Part shown: positions 37,010 through 50,623 of the stretch, piece after piece
Numbering within the stretch: the stretch's first letter is position 1
Layout of the letters: the number at the start of each line of letters is the position of its first letter
Assembly: GCA_030295235.1 (NCBI GenBank)
Contig: AP026142.1
Location: 744,001-808,000, forward strand
Direction: 5' to 3'
DNA from: Fistulifera solaris
Taxonomy: Eukaryota
Length of the DNA stretch: 64,000 bases
Position numbers and translations under genes: made by a program
The notes under the pieces: generated by a model
Database searches by the model: none
What the model was told of the DNA's origin: nothing
Seen by the model: only the letters and a program-made list of their open reading frames with translations

Positions 37010-38602
37010 GTTCTCCGAGAATGCTAAGAGAGCATGTCGCGCTCAGCATGTCGCACGAAGAAAATACTATACACCAAACAGTTGACGTTCGATATATGAA
37101 AATCAACTTATTCGAAATGAAAAAATTATCTACTGGTAAATTGTCATACTGTCAAACACATTTCCATTTTTCAGGGAGTTGTACCTGTTATGTGATTTTA
37201 ATTTCACGCTTTCACTTATAGCTAGCTCTCTACCTTGGCTAAAAAGGTTTCATGCTCGAAAGTCTTTAAGGCAAGGCGCGTTGTACAGCCACCAATAACA
37301 CGCAAGTGGAAAATAAAACAACAAGATGTTTGTGTGTGTAGTTAAAAGCATGTCACTTCGAGATCGACCTTTTATCAGAATCGCGAAAACTGTGATTGAC
37401 CCTAGAAGTGCTAGCTTCCGCTTGATAGGCATAATGTTTGACTATTCAGCGTATAACCTCCGCTGTCCAATTGTGTCAAAGCATACTTGTCCTTATAAGA
37501 ACAATCTGCGAGTTGTTGGAACTTACGACACATATCATTAGACAGCGGAGCACAAAAAAGAAGACATCCTACATTTGTGATGATTACTTTTCTTTTCTGT
37601 TCTTGCTATTGCTAGAGATGACATTAGCTGCATGTAGGGTGTAGGATGACGGATTGATATCGCGTGCGCATAAAACATGAATAGAGAGAGAAGCCTATCC
37701 CATCCATTGTCATTGAGATTCGCGCATACATGCACACCCCCAAGAGATGTTGTAGTGACTGGATACTGGATCGATCCGACTGGACTAGAAGCATGAGAGG
37801 TATGAGTGGAAAGATTGTGTGTGGTTCTATTCTGATCGATCTTCGCTCTTTCAAGGAGCGAGGAGCAGGCTGACAACTAAAATCTAAAATAGCGAACAGT
37901 CAACTACGCTACGGTAGAAAGTGTGACTCGACATGACCAGTGTAAAAGACTTATGACTCCGACATTTCCCCTTCAAAATTCTAACAAACCAGTCACGAAA
38001 CTCTTCTCTTTCTCCTGTCTGTATTCTGTGATTCTGTGTGACTTTGTGACATGTGCGTTGGAGACTTTAGCCTTTAGCCGGAATTTCGTGAATTGTTTCG
38101 TGATTGTCAAGAGGACGAGGAGCTAATAACAGTCTTTCCGTTACGTACTCTGGTATGGTGCGCGCTGCATGATGCATCTTGACACTTATAAAATGCAAGC
38201 AACATGAAACCCTTGCATTTTGCATTAGATCCCTACTGTTAGGATGAAGGATGAAGGTTCAGTAAGAAAGTCCATCGAACGCCAAAGTTCCGATACTTGT
38301 ACCAGTTACAACTTGCTCAGCAAAACCTTATAATGTCACTTGATACTTGCTGTTTGTGAGCGGGGTCTCACATGTCAATAGAATGGATGTACTCGTTATC
38401 TGATAGCTTGGGTGAGTGACAAGTTCATGGGAGTGTCCGATGCCTGGTGCCATGACCCATGACCTTCTATCTTTCCCTCCCAAACGCTTCAACCAACAAA
38501 TAAATGTTTCGTGCAAATTCCGCACTCATTTTTGAGGCAAGCAATCTATCATCCATCGTAGTCAGCCATTGATCGAACAAACAATAAAAAGAGAAAGATA
38601 CC

Positions 38603-41600
38603 ATGAAGTCACCTGATAGCGAACTGATTGTCTCCGAATTCGAACGAGAAAACATGCTGGAGAAATCAAGCACGCATGGCTCGGATGCGTCCCTTGCAGA
38701 AGGCATCGGACGTTACGAAGGACGCCTTGTTAATCGATCGAAAGTCATTCTTTACGTCACGCTGTGTCTCGCCGGTGTTTGTATTTCATTAGCTACATTC
38801 TTTTCATTAAAAACCAGGAAGAAGCGACCTTTGAAAGTGAGGTAAGCACTATCGCCCTCGACGGAGATCAGAAGAGTATCACCGTCGAAAGAGTCTAACA
38901 CTTCGTTTCTATCGGTTTCACAGTTTCGTAATCTTGCCAATGAAATCATTGATGTCGCCACGAGCAACACGGAAAACACAATAGGTCAAATTCGTAGCAT
39001 ATCGACGGCATACGCTTCCTACGCCGGCGATTCGCCGAGCCGAAGTTGGCCGAACATTACTTTGCCTCACTTCAAGCACCAAGTCTTTGAATCAATTCGT
39101 CTCACTGGAGCGGAATGGATTGCCTTTCTACCTAGAATTTCCAGAGAACAACAAGCTGGTTTTGAGGCATTCGCACAAGAAGAATATATTCGGCTTGGCA
39201 TGGCGAACACCAGTACTAGTTTGCCGCAAGAAATTCGCAGTACGAACGGCAACTCTCTTGAAAAGGACTATTTCGCACCGATTTGGCAAATAGCTCCTCT
39301 AAGTGCGAGTGCGGATGTTCTCCTCATTGATATGGACTCTTTTCCGTGGTTCAAGGAAGTGAAAGCCGACGTGTTACGTACTAACCACGCTATCATGTCG
39401 CGCGTTGTCGATATTGATCCAACCGTGGCAGCTGAAGATGACCATGATGGAGATTACCATCCGCATACTGTCATTTTGAATGGTATTCCACGTTTCGATG
39501 GTGATGTTTTGGTAGATGACTTTGAGAACGACCGATTCGGCTTTATCATGGCCGTGTTGCCTTGGGAAGTTTACTTCACTGAGGTGATACCCAGTGACAC
39601 CTTCGGCTTTCTCGTAGAAGTTGACGATCACTGTGGTAGCGTATTCACATACGTAATCAACGGCCACCATGCCCAAGTGCTGGGAGAAGGAAAGTTGCAT
39701 AACAGTAAGTATGATTACCTCCATGAATTCGCTGACTGGTCAATGTTAGCATCAGAGGGAAATCTTATTGAGGGGATCGACAATCCAGAACAGCTGACAT
39801 GCTATTACACCATTGATGTTTATCCTACCGATGAACTGAAGGCGGTATACACAAGCGGCGACCAAGTTGTGTTTGCAGTTGCCATCTTGGCGGTCTTCGT
39901 GTTTATTGTGGGGATCTTTTTTGTCTATGATGTTGCTGTGCAGAGACGGCAAGATAGAGTGACACGGGTCGCACGACAAACAGCAAAAATTGTGAATTCG
40001 CTTTTTCCCAAAAATGTACAGCGCCGGATCATGGAAGAGGCTCAACAAGCAGCAGAAGCTGATGAGGAAAAGCAGCATGGTTTCCGGTTTAGTGCAAAAG
40101 ATCGTCTTAAGAAAGCGTTGCTGAGTAACGGTACAGACGACGACCAAGACCGTCTAAAGAATGCTCCACCTATTGCTGATCTGTTCCCTTCCACAACAAT
40201 TATGGTACGTGAACACGCATAGCTACAGCCCGAACAGTCACGTGGGAGTATTTAACTCAACCTTGCTATCCCCCTTTTTAACATTGGATGAAATGGCAGT
40301 TTGGAGATTTGGTTGGTAAGTACACGACCGGATTGTATGGCATGCTTCATGGAAATAGTTTGCAGTCAACTCACCTTTCGGTGGCTTTTCTAACCATAGG
40401 ATTTACTGCGTGGAGCTCGATGCGAGAGCCGGCACAAGTATTTCAACTTTTGGAGACTATATACTCTGAATTCGACGAGATCGCTAAAAAACGACGCATC
40501 TTCAAAGTGGAAACAGTAGGAGATTGCTATGTAGCCGCCTGTGGCATTCCAGATCCTCGACGTGACCATGTTGTAGCCATGGCTCGCTTCGCGCGTGATT
40601 GCAGAAATCGAATGATGGCTCTCATGACAGATTTGGAAACAAAACTTGGACCCGATACAGGTGAACTTGGCCTTCGAATCGGTTTGCATAGCGGTCCCGT
40701 TACAGTGAGTGGCATATTTTTATTCAAAAAATTATTGTTGAGCAAAATTAACATTTGATTTTTACAACAGGGAGGTGTTTTACGTGGCGAAAAGGCGCGT
40801 TTTCAGCTGTTTGGAGACACCATGAATACGACGGCTCGTATTGAAACCACTGGCAAGAAGAACATGATCCACCTCTCTGAGGAGACGGCCATTCTCTTAC
40901 AAGCCTTCGGAAAAGGTCATTGGGTTAAATTGCGCGAAGATAAAGTTCAAGCCAAAGGCAAAGGCGAACTGACCACATACTGGCTCGTCAAAGATGATGG
41001 ACCACATTCAACAACATCCTCTGGAAACTCCCCAAGCGACGGGGATGACGATGCGGCTGCCAGTGACGAAGAAAATGATGGCGGCACAGCAATTTGCATT
41101 GAATCGACTTTTGCTGAGACAAGTGCATTGACAGAGAAAGTACAACGTCTGGTGAAGTGGAATGCCGAAGTTCTCGGCAAAATTCTAAAAGAAGTGATTC
41201 AAAGACGAAAAGCGCGTAAAAACCCTCCTGATTTTATTGCAGTTCGTCGCCTGGAAGAAGAAACTAAGCTCGGTAGGGTACTCGAAGAAGCTACAGACAT
41301 TTTAGCACTTCCAACTTTTGATGCAGAGGCCGCGGCTCGTCAGGAAGCGCTACCCCCTGTCATATTGGACGAAAAGGTCACCCAGCAGCTCGAAGCCTTC
41401 ATCCATGCTATCGCAATGATGTATCATGACAACACATTCCACAACTTTGAGCATGCTAGCCACGTTACAATGTCTGTTACAAAGCTATTTTCGCGCATTG
41501 TAGTCCCTGAGGTTTCCGGTGATGAGCGCACCCTACACGATCACACCTACGGCATCACATCGGATCCTTTGACCCAGTTTGCTGCAGCCTTTGCCGCCCT

Positions 41601-42321
41601 AATTCATGACGTCGATCATCAAGGAGTCACGAACGCGACACTGATTGAAGAGAATAGTCCCATCGCCGCAGTCTACAAGAACAAAAGCGTCGCTGAACAG
41701 AATTCGGTCGACATTGCCTGGTCACTTCTCATGGACGAGTCTTTCATTGACCTACGAAACTGCATTTACACAACCCCGGCAGGGTACCAACGTTTCCGAC
41801 AGCTGGTTGTGAATTCAGTCATGGCAACAGATATCATGGACAGGACTCTGAGTCAGGCTCGTAAGGATCGTTGGGCTAAGGCATTTGCTGAGAGCGAAGG
41901 TGACGATAACAATCCAATGGAAGATTATCAAAAACAAATCAACCGCAAAGCGACTATTGTGTTGGAGCACGTCATTCAAGCATCCGATGTCTCTCACACA
42001 ATGCAGCACTGGCATATTTACCGCAAGTGGAATGCTCGTTTGTTTGAGGAAATGAATGCAGCATATCGTCAAGGGCGTACGCAAAAGAACCCCGCGGATA
42101 CTTGGTATGAAGGCGAGATCGGCTTCTTCGATTTTTACATCATTCCTTTAGCAAAGAAACTGAAGGAGTGTGGTGTCTTTGGTGTTTCGAGCGACGAGTA
42201 TTTGAATTATGCTGAGAAGAATCGCAAGGAATGGGAAGCCAAGGGCAGAGAAGTTGTTGCAGAAATGGTAGCAAAGCTTCAATCTGCACCACCTTCGGTC
42301 GAATATCAGCTTTCAATGTGA
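38603..42321 (+). CDS. Receptor-type guanylyl cyclase-phosphodiesterase fusion (TM, CHASE-like ectodomain, TM, cyclase, class I PDE)
   Basis: Two TM helices bracket WPNITLPHF/FAPIWQIAP. Cyclase motifs TIMFGDLVGFTAWSS, FKVETVGDCYVA, LRIGLHSGPVT and RFQLFGDTMNTTARIE. PDE motifs FHNFEHASHV, IHDVDHQGVTN, VMATD and IQASDVSH. Introns ~38842-38923, 40205-40299, 40316-40399 and ~40706-40770. Confidence 0.93.
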
Positions 42322-42460
42322 ATTGTTCGTTGATTGTTAAAGCGGCGCGTAATACAAAGTCGAAGTCATTCTTTCTAGAAAATGCATAATTCATGCTTTC
42401 ATTTGAATGAGTGAATAATGAATAATAAGCAGAACAGAGATGCATACCTGGTACTAGTAC

Positions 42461-42544
42461 CTGGAAACGGCGTTAAAATTCTGCCTCGTCGTGGACGCTA
42501 CGTAGAATCTTGTACTGGAGGCAGAAATTTAACGTCCTTTCCAG
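42461..42544 (-). mobile_element. ~80-bp hairpin MITE, copy 2 (inverted relative to copy 1)
   Basis: The reverse complement aligns with 36928-37009 with few differences. Ends are CTGGAAA...TTTCCAG. Confidence 0.75.
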
Positions 42545-43122
42545 ATTTCCTAGGTTTCTAGGTACCTTAAAACTCTAGACCCCCATATTTTCTGGGTACG
42601 TGAAAATACAACAGGTCCAGATTTTCTGGACAAGTGTAAATAACACCCCCTTGAAAACTGAAAAAAAACGCCGTGGCTGCAAAGTACAGCCTGGCTGCTG
42701 TAATTACGGTAACGATGCGATACTTATTGAAAAGTTGGTACGGGACTGATACGCATTGTTCGTAAGTAGATCTAGGTAGGATACTCTCGAATGTTGTTGA
42801 CTAAGCAAGCGTCAACAAAACTATGTGAACTGCCAACAAAGCAATGGCTGAAAGTGGGTGAGGAATAGATTATTGAAGTAAGATTACCAAGAGCAACTTG
42901 CTTTATTGCTTAAATGAGCTCGGTCTTTGATCGTGAGCGGCAATATACGGGACTGGATTTCATTGAATCATGATCATTTTGATACCAGATACCACACTCC
43001 CAAAAACCTTAAGCTTACTGTAAGTGTCGCAGCGTATCGTCCGCATATTTTCATAACCACGATGCGAGCGACGCTGCAAAATAAGTCATAGCGTTGCTTT
43101 ATGATCTTATTTCTCTTGCACA

Positions 43123-46100
43123 ATGGCAGATGATCAATTTTCTATCAACGCAAAGTCTACAGCGGAGACGCTAGGCGAAGAAACGCAAGAAATTCGGCAG
43201 TATCCTTTGCCTACGCCTCAGAGAGCTCGTTCACCGCTGCGCGCTTCTGTTTATGACACAGAAACACCGCTACGCCGTAACATTAAGGAACCTTTGATTC
43301 CTCCATCGACAGCTAAATCTCGCAGCAAAAGTCGCAACAAAACAAGAGTGCGCCGGAAACGTCGTATTCCTGGAAGAGATTTTCAACATCCGCAAGACAT
43401 GATCGCCGCTCCTTGTATAACTGTTTCATTGCCGCATCGCGTCGCTTTTGAACGGAACACGCTTTCTCTGGACGAAAAGACATACAATTTGCACGCAAAG
43501 AACAAACGGTCTCCTTCTTTGGGTCACTTGTACTGGATTCAGAGGCTACAAAGTGTCACAAAAATACGGCAAGTGCAGTTTCAAAATGTTTTGCCGGATC
43601 AATATCAAGCCATTTTACCAGATACGAGCGAATTACCATCACCGGCACCCACACTCAGTCATAAAAGATACGATTACCGCACCGTGCGGATGTGGGCTTT
43701 CCGAATGCGACGCCAGAAGAAATTGAAAGCAAACAAATCGAAATTCGTAACGAAACTGTGCAGGAAGAAGCGAGCTTGCGATTGATTGCGCTAGTGGCCG
43801 ACTTAGGGCGACAAGTAGCGGAGCAAAAAATACCCGAACGGTCAGTGCCTCCAAAAACAATATATAGCATTCTGACGCCCCCGCTGCAGTCGATTCCGTC
43901 AACCAGTCAAGGTTGGCGGCCACGGTTGTTTCATGATCGACCTTCCTTTTTAGAGTATCTATACGTTCATTGTGAAGCACCAGATGGATGTCTGGCACTG
44001 TACAATAGAGCTCTCCGAAAAGTTAGCGAGGATTTTTGGTATTCTAAGGGTCAAAAGGGATCTTTGGTATTCCGTCGGGTTGCGAAGAGACTTTGCTCCT
44101 CGTGTGGCGACCACAGCAAGCTGCTGATGAAGCGTTTGGTGTAGTGACGATTTCTTATCGACATTGGCCGAATTTACAAGAGATTCATATGTCGGTTTAT
44201 TCAGGACATTTCACTTTCGAGAGATTGCAAAGCATAATGTCAGGATTGGATGTGACCGATTCGGATGCCAGCGTTGCCAAGAAAAAAGGAGTCATGGGAC
44301 GCATGTTCCGCACTCCGCAAAAGCCAACCAAGACGATGTCACCGACTCCAGACTATTCATCGACTACTTACAAAGTGAGGATTTCGTTTTTGGGTGGAGA
44401 TTTTCTTCAGCCATTGCTATCGAAGCCAGAACAGGATACAGAAACTACAACAAACAGATTATTGGCTGATGTATCGGGCGACTTTGCTGTAGCCCTTGAC
44501 AAGCAAGACTCCGAGCAACCATCTTCTACTAAAAAGAAACGTTCACATTTACTTCGGCTCCCGAAAGCAACGCAGCCTGCAGCCTATTTTGCGGCTGCGG
44601 AGTTTCGTGAAGTGCTGTATTTGCCAGCTTCGCCACGCTACGACTATGATCGACCCTTCTCGTACTGGTCATTGGTAAATCTGATGTATCTATATCCGCG
44701 GGTCTTGCAGATCACCAGTGGCCGTACTTTTAAACATGAAGAGGGTGTTTCCATTCACATGCGAGCATGCAAGATTGAGGGCGAGCATGCAGTAACGATT
44801 GCCAAATCATTCTACAGCACATCCTCTCAGGCGAATTTGCTTGATGAAGTAAATCTAGACGTTACTGCCTACAGTTTTTCTCCTGGTAGCAGCGTCGTTT
44901 TGCAAGATGAATATAAGCTGAGACTACCAGTTTCTCTTGACAAACGATTTGTGCTGCAAGTGTTATTGCTCAGCTCAAGTAAGGAGATACGTGAAGAGGT
45001 CCAAGTACCTCTTTGCAGCTACTCATCCACAAAGTCCGGTAAAGTCAGAGCGCTGACTCTTATTCCGAATGGTATTCATAGATTAAAACTGGGCGACTTT
45101 CAGCTACAGCTCGAAAGTCGTCTTGTGAGTGCAGTTCACGTTTCTGATCCCTGCGTGGCCGCATGGCTTCGTGATTGTCCCCAATTATACACCGAGTTAA
45201 ACGAAAGGAGCCAAGCATCAGCCACAAAGGAAGATCAATTCGATTCAGTGTTATCTGAAGCTTCAGAAAGTGCAGTTTTAGCTCATTTCAGGCCGCTCTT
45301 TTACTCTCATTTGTGGAACTTTACCCAGGGCAATGTAGAACCGGGGCTGTCGCAGTTATCCAGTTTCTTTGATCTACTTGATAAGAGCAAACAAGCGTTA
45401 GGCAAAAACCGTCTACCTAATTTCATCAAGAGCTTATGGGACGAATATGATGAAATATTTTTGACGGATAAGGCGGGGCCGGTTCTCGACAACGACACAA
45501 CGGATAAACTTCACAACACACAGGAAGACTTCTTTGAAGATGATAATTCTAATGAAAGTCAGGCGCCATTCCGCAATAATAAGAAAGGACCTGTGTTCAG
45601 TAGATTGGATAAACGTAGGAAAGACACCATGAGAGCTCTGATGCCTTCGGGAACTCCTTTTTCCAGAACTGCGTACGGCGCGTCGAAGACTGATCGAATG
45701 CGCTTGGAAGCTGAGTTACAATTGAAAAGCCAGAGTTTTGCGCTAACACCATTTTTTGAAGACGATGAAACTATTGCAACTATGCCGTCCGTTCTTACCG
45801 ACTCGCGGTCTTTCATTGATTCCAGCGCTGGTCATTCGGAACGTTTCTTCTCACCTCGATCTAGCCACAGAAACATTATAAAGACTCCCTTCCCTGTATC
45901 GACAGGCTTACAAAGCGATAACAACGAAAACGAGTTTGCTACGCGCGTGAAGACAGTTGCTAAGGTCATATTAGCCCCATGCGTGGGTCCTTCGTTTTCC
46001 AGCATTCTCTCAAGCAATATGACGTTGGGTGCGGCTAGCTGCTTCGAAACGCAGGCTGCAAAAGAGAAACTCAAAGAAGACAGCTCTGACAAAGAGTCGA

Positions 46101-49100
46101 AAGCGTTCTGCGTGTATCCCGGATCTGATGACGACCAGTCTCGTGAACTCATTGAGGAAGGCGAACACCACCTCACGTCCAAGAGCTCTTTTCGTGGGGT
46201 CATCGATAGCCCTTTGCTCCGTTTTTCGCTGACTTTCGAGCTAGAAAATCAGATCCCTAGCGGAGTTTGCGAGTACGTTTACGAGTCAATTATTATCATG
46301 TGGCTCCGAGCATGGTTGGACCACGTTGAGCTAATTTTTCGTGAACAGGCAAGCACGGCAAAAGGAGCCGCGACCTTTTCAATTCCTCCTTACAAGTTTA
46401 CAGACATTAATGCTGGGACAATTTTCCGTTTCTACGGACATATGGATTTGCTTCTTCCGCTGTGTCTCAAATCTTTCATTTTTCGGTACACCAATAACGT
46501 CGAACACCTTTTCCCACCCGTTACCAAAGTAATTGTCGACCATGGTCACATGCTGTTGTTGGAGCCGTTTGCTGAACTTCTTGCTCGTGGACTCGTTGGT
46601 GAGGTGCTTTCTGGTCTCGAGTCATTTACAAGTCGGGAGGAGTCGCTTCAACGAGCATTGCAGCGCTCAGACATAGTACTCGACTTTCTCATTGGTTTGG
46701 TCTCATTTTTACACCCTGAACACAGTCGAGTTCTTGTGTCAAAATTTCTTCATACTTTGCGTAATGGCGAGACGGAGCATCTTGGAAGCGACGTATCCGA
46801 TATCAATTTCCGATGGGACGAGGAGAGTCTCCATCGGGTTCGATGTTGCCGCGAAATCCGGATTCACACAATAGAAGCACTGCTTATGTTGCCTGCATTC
46901 GTTAATCTAAATTATCCTCTCAAATATTCTGGCCATGCAGATAATTTACAGGCGCCAAAAGTGGTATGGCTCCAACAATACCAGGATTGTGACATGAAAC
47001 TCGGAAACCCAATTAGCAATGAAGATTCAGACTGTAGTCTGAACAAACTGCCACAAAGTGGCTGGCTTGCAGAGCTACTCATTGGAGAGGGTCTCTCCGT
47101 ATCTTCTTTGTCTAGCGAAGCAATTGTTGCGGAAGCGATCGCTCAACTTGAAGTGACCTCTACTGGAAGCACAACGAGCACTATGTCACTCAGGAAGCGC
47201 CCTGGTGCCACTTTGAGTAGAGATGATCTCTTAATGCTTCAATCCCTTGGACTAAAAGCGATCAGCGTCGTCTATGAGCTTGGTTTTCGACGACACGCTC
47301 TCGATCGACGGTATCAATCAAACTCTGCCAGAGAACGTACTGCCGCGCTCTTTGCCTCGGTTGTTATGAACAAATGTTTATCAAGCGTAAAGTGGTTATC
47401 CAAAATGGATCCTACACAGAAGATTAGATCACTTTGGCTACTGTCTTTCATTTTTGTTCTCCAAGAAGCTCCAGACTCTTTACTTCGTCATTATCTGCGG
47501 CGCTGCTGCGATTCCCAGGTAAGCGAATGTCTCATAGGGTGCTTTTTGATCTCTTCAACTCATTCTATTGTCAGAACATGCGCATACATAGATTTGTTCG
47601 ATTGCTCCGGCTATGCAGTGCAACTTTTCAGACTTTTACAGAGAGCCACGGCAACTTTTCACCCAGCAACTTCAATAGTGTAGTCGCACCGTGGCTTCTA
47701 CAAGAAAGTTTTAACACAATTTGCGCTACTGCTATAATGATCATTGAGGAATGCATTGGTCTCACTTCCAACGATCCTCCTCAGCAGGAGAAACTGCTGC
47801 AAGGGATTCTTGATTTGCTCTTGAACGTTCTCACGTCGCCGCAATCATCTGTGACTCATTTACGAGTAGCTGGTGGGGCCTTGCAAGTCCTCGAAACCTT
47901 CGGCGCCCCCCGTTTTGTCGCCTTTGTAGGCCAAAATCTCCAGCACTGGATTCGGATTTTGATAAGCCTCATGAACAGTGTTTCATTGAGTGTAAGATCA
48001 ATTGCAGTTGATTTCTTCGTTTCTCTGATGGGCAGTGTCTTCGATCTTGAGGGCAGCTTAGATAGTATTTCTCTCGTATTTCTCACTGTCTTGCCAGAAG
48101 TGGCTGCTCGAGAAATAGGACTCTACACCGTGAGTGGGCATATCAGCGATATGGACCATGTTTCAAAGGCTCTGTGGCCTATTCGACGTGCGCTTGCTGA
48201 ATTAGGAGACGCAAGTCCACTCGACGACGATAGGGTTGACCCTGCTCTCCCTTACAATCTACACCCCTTCTGTCGGGCAAGTCAGGCCGTCCTTGATGGA
48301 GTTTTAATTGAACTAAAATTGAAATGGGAAGAAGTATTGGGATTTAAAATTTCTCGAAGCATGCCACACGAGTCCCATTTTGACGCAGACGAGGAATCGC
48401 TTTTTGAAGCGATCTCTTTTTTCTTGCCTGAATCAGGTCCTTTACAGCGAATTCGCTGGCTGACGACATTAGCACATCTTCACGAGTCGAAAACACAATG
48501 GGTGGAAGCAGCAGAAGCTATGTTTCTTTGCGCCCGCACTGTGGCAGATTCGCTCCGACATTTGCAGTATGTCTGGCGGCCATCTCGATTTGTTTTATGG
48601 AGTGACACCAAGCGCTCGCTTTGGCTTGAATCGGTTGGTGAAGAAATCGGACATCCGGACAGAGGAAATGCTCAAATCATGGATTTCGCAAATCAGTTCT
48701 TGGAGCCCTCATCTCTCCAAGGAAATCAATTCAGCAGTAAACTCTCGAAGCTTCCCCAACCAACCCTATCCATGATGTGCGAAAAACTCATTGAATTTTC
48801 AAAACGCGCAATAGATCTGTATCTAAAAGATGACGGATTAGTCCGATTGGCATACGCCCGAATAGAGGAGCTACAAGCGTCGTTGGTTGCCGCACTGGGG
48901 GAAACTTCGTGTTTGATACCTACTCGGGGCGGTCTTTCGTCCTCTGAGCGCAACTTTGAGGACGATGCTGCATTGCGAAGGGTCCTTGCTAGCCTCAGTG
49001 GCGATATGGCAAAGCTTGCGGAGCGATTACTTCTGGTCGTAAAGGATGACGTATCGAATGGAGGAATTCTGCCTTACTCTGCTGGATCCCACGTTTCGAA

Positions 49101-49569
49101 GGCAAATGAATCTTGCTTCGTATTGCTTCGTTTCGCAGGCCAAAGTAAACCTCTTCGCTTTCAAGAAAGCACAACACTTCCAACATTCCTGGATTGGGAT
49201 ACCGATTGCATTTGTCGAGTTTCCCGATCCATCGTTGATAACCCTTCAACCGATCCACTGGAGTTCTCGAGACAACTGTGTAGCGCATTTGCACAACCTT
49301 TCGTTTCTGCCTTGAAAAGTTTCGGCAATGTTATTGTTCAAGTCAATAATTCTTCTACTGAAACAGCTACGACAGACGCCGACATTGTAATTTATGTTTC
49401 TTTGCTGGAGGCAGTCGGCACCTCCGAAAACACACGGCGCTTCCTCCTAGACCGAGCCGATGGAACATCCGTAACAGAGTTCACTGTAGCACATTCCTTT
49501 CCTTGTCCTCTCTCTCGACAACGAATTTTGCTTCAATCCGAAATTGTTCCGAGTACGTATACAGTTTAG
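43123..49569 (+). CDS. DOCK-family-like protein (DHR-1/C2 domain plus partial DHR-2)
   Basis: DHR-1-like NLMYLYPRVL...LQDEYKLRLPVSL...LQLESRLVSAVHVSDP. DHR-2 lobe A-like PLQRIRWLTTLAHLHESKTQWVEAAEA. Terminal FTVAHSFPCPLSRQRI. Intron ~47519-47573. Frame breaks near 43700 and 44100. Confidence 0.65.
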
Positions 49570-49726
49570 GATAATGCCAGATAAATTTGGAACTGCGTTA
49601 AGTGCTACTTTGTCTTGTAAAGTTTTAACTATAGAGATGAGTGCTTTTAAATTTATTTGACAGTGTAATGTATCTTTATGACCTCGTGTTCACAAAGAAG
49701 CGCTAAGCAAATAGCATCGAAGGTGC

Positions 49727-50179
49727 CTAGCGTCGCACCGAATGAGTGTGCTGGAAGTTGGGAATCTTTCGAAGCTCCGCTCGCTTTCTCCAAGCTCGAT
49801 CAATGATAGCATCATGCGAATGCTCTGGAGATGTATTATTTGATTTCCATTCGTTTTGTAGTTGAGAAATGGTGCAAGTCAACAGAATCGCCGAGTCATC
49901 TTCTCGATCATCAGTCGTTTCTTGTGGCACTTTATTCGCAACACACCATGCTTGAATTACAGAACACAGTGCACGATTGGAGATCAAGTCTTTTACGGTG
50001 AGAGTATTTCGTGTCATAGGACACGTATTATTCTTTTCTTTGAGCCATGTGAGGATCGCTTTCCGTTCGTAATTGTGGCCCGATCGCGTCATGACCGGAT
50101 GCATCATGATGCACTGCGAAATAGGGCATATGAAATGCAAAGGAATCTCTTCGTGTTCTAATGCTGAAAACGATGCCAT
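49727..50179 (-). CDS. U-box domain protein (putative E3 ubiquitin ligase)
   Basis: IPLHFICPISQCIMMHPVMTRSGHNYERKAILTWL..NNTCPMTRNTL..DLISNRAL..IQAWC. Confidence 0.92.
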   Translation of the reverse strand: MASFSALEHEEIPLHFICPISQCIMMHPVMTRSGHNYERKAILTWLKEKNNTCPMTRNTLTVKDLISNRALCSVIQAWCVANKVPQETTDDREDDSAILLTCTISQLQNEWKSNNTSPEHSHDAIIDRAWRKRAELRKIPNFQHTHSVRR

Positions 50180-50623
50180 TGTTACGCCTTGAAAAGAAAC
50201 GGAGTAGAAGTTTATGACTAGAATGAGATATTTTCAGAGGTTTACGATGGTGAAACAAAGCCGATGAATGGAAAACGGAGGAATTTAGTGGGAAGAGCGG
50301 AGAATTGAGAATAGTGTGACAAAGTGACGTGGGACGGGCGGGGGATACCCAGTCAGTTCTTGTCTACGTGGTCTATAGCCTCCCGAATGTTTGGACTTGA
50401 GAGAAACAGAATGTGGACCAAAAAGTAGTCAGGTGGCATCCGTCGTTTGTTCTACGGACCGTGGGACGTTTTGTTCTCTTTGGTGCTTAAAAGTGGCATA
50501 CGTGGCAGCTCGACAGAAACAACAAACAAGACAACAAGACCAAGTTCCCAGACATAGGGAGATAGAGAGCAAAATAAGTCGATCATTGTACGGTACGTGG
50601 TACGTGGTACCAGGTACGGTTCA

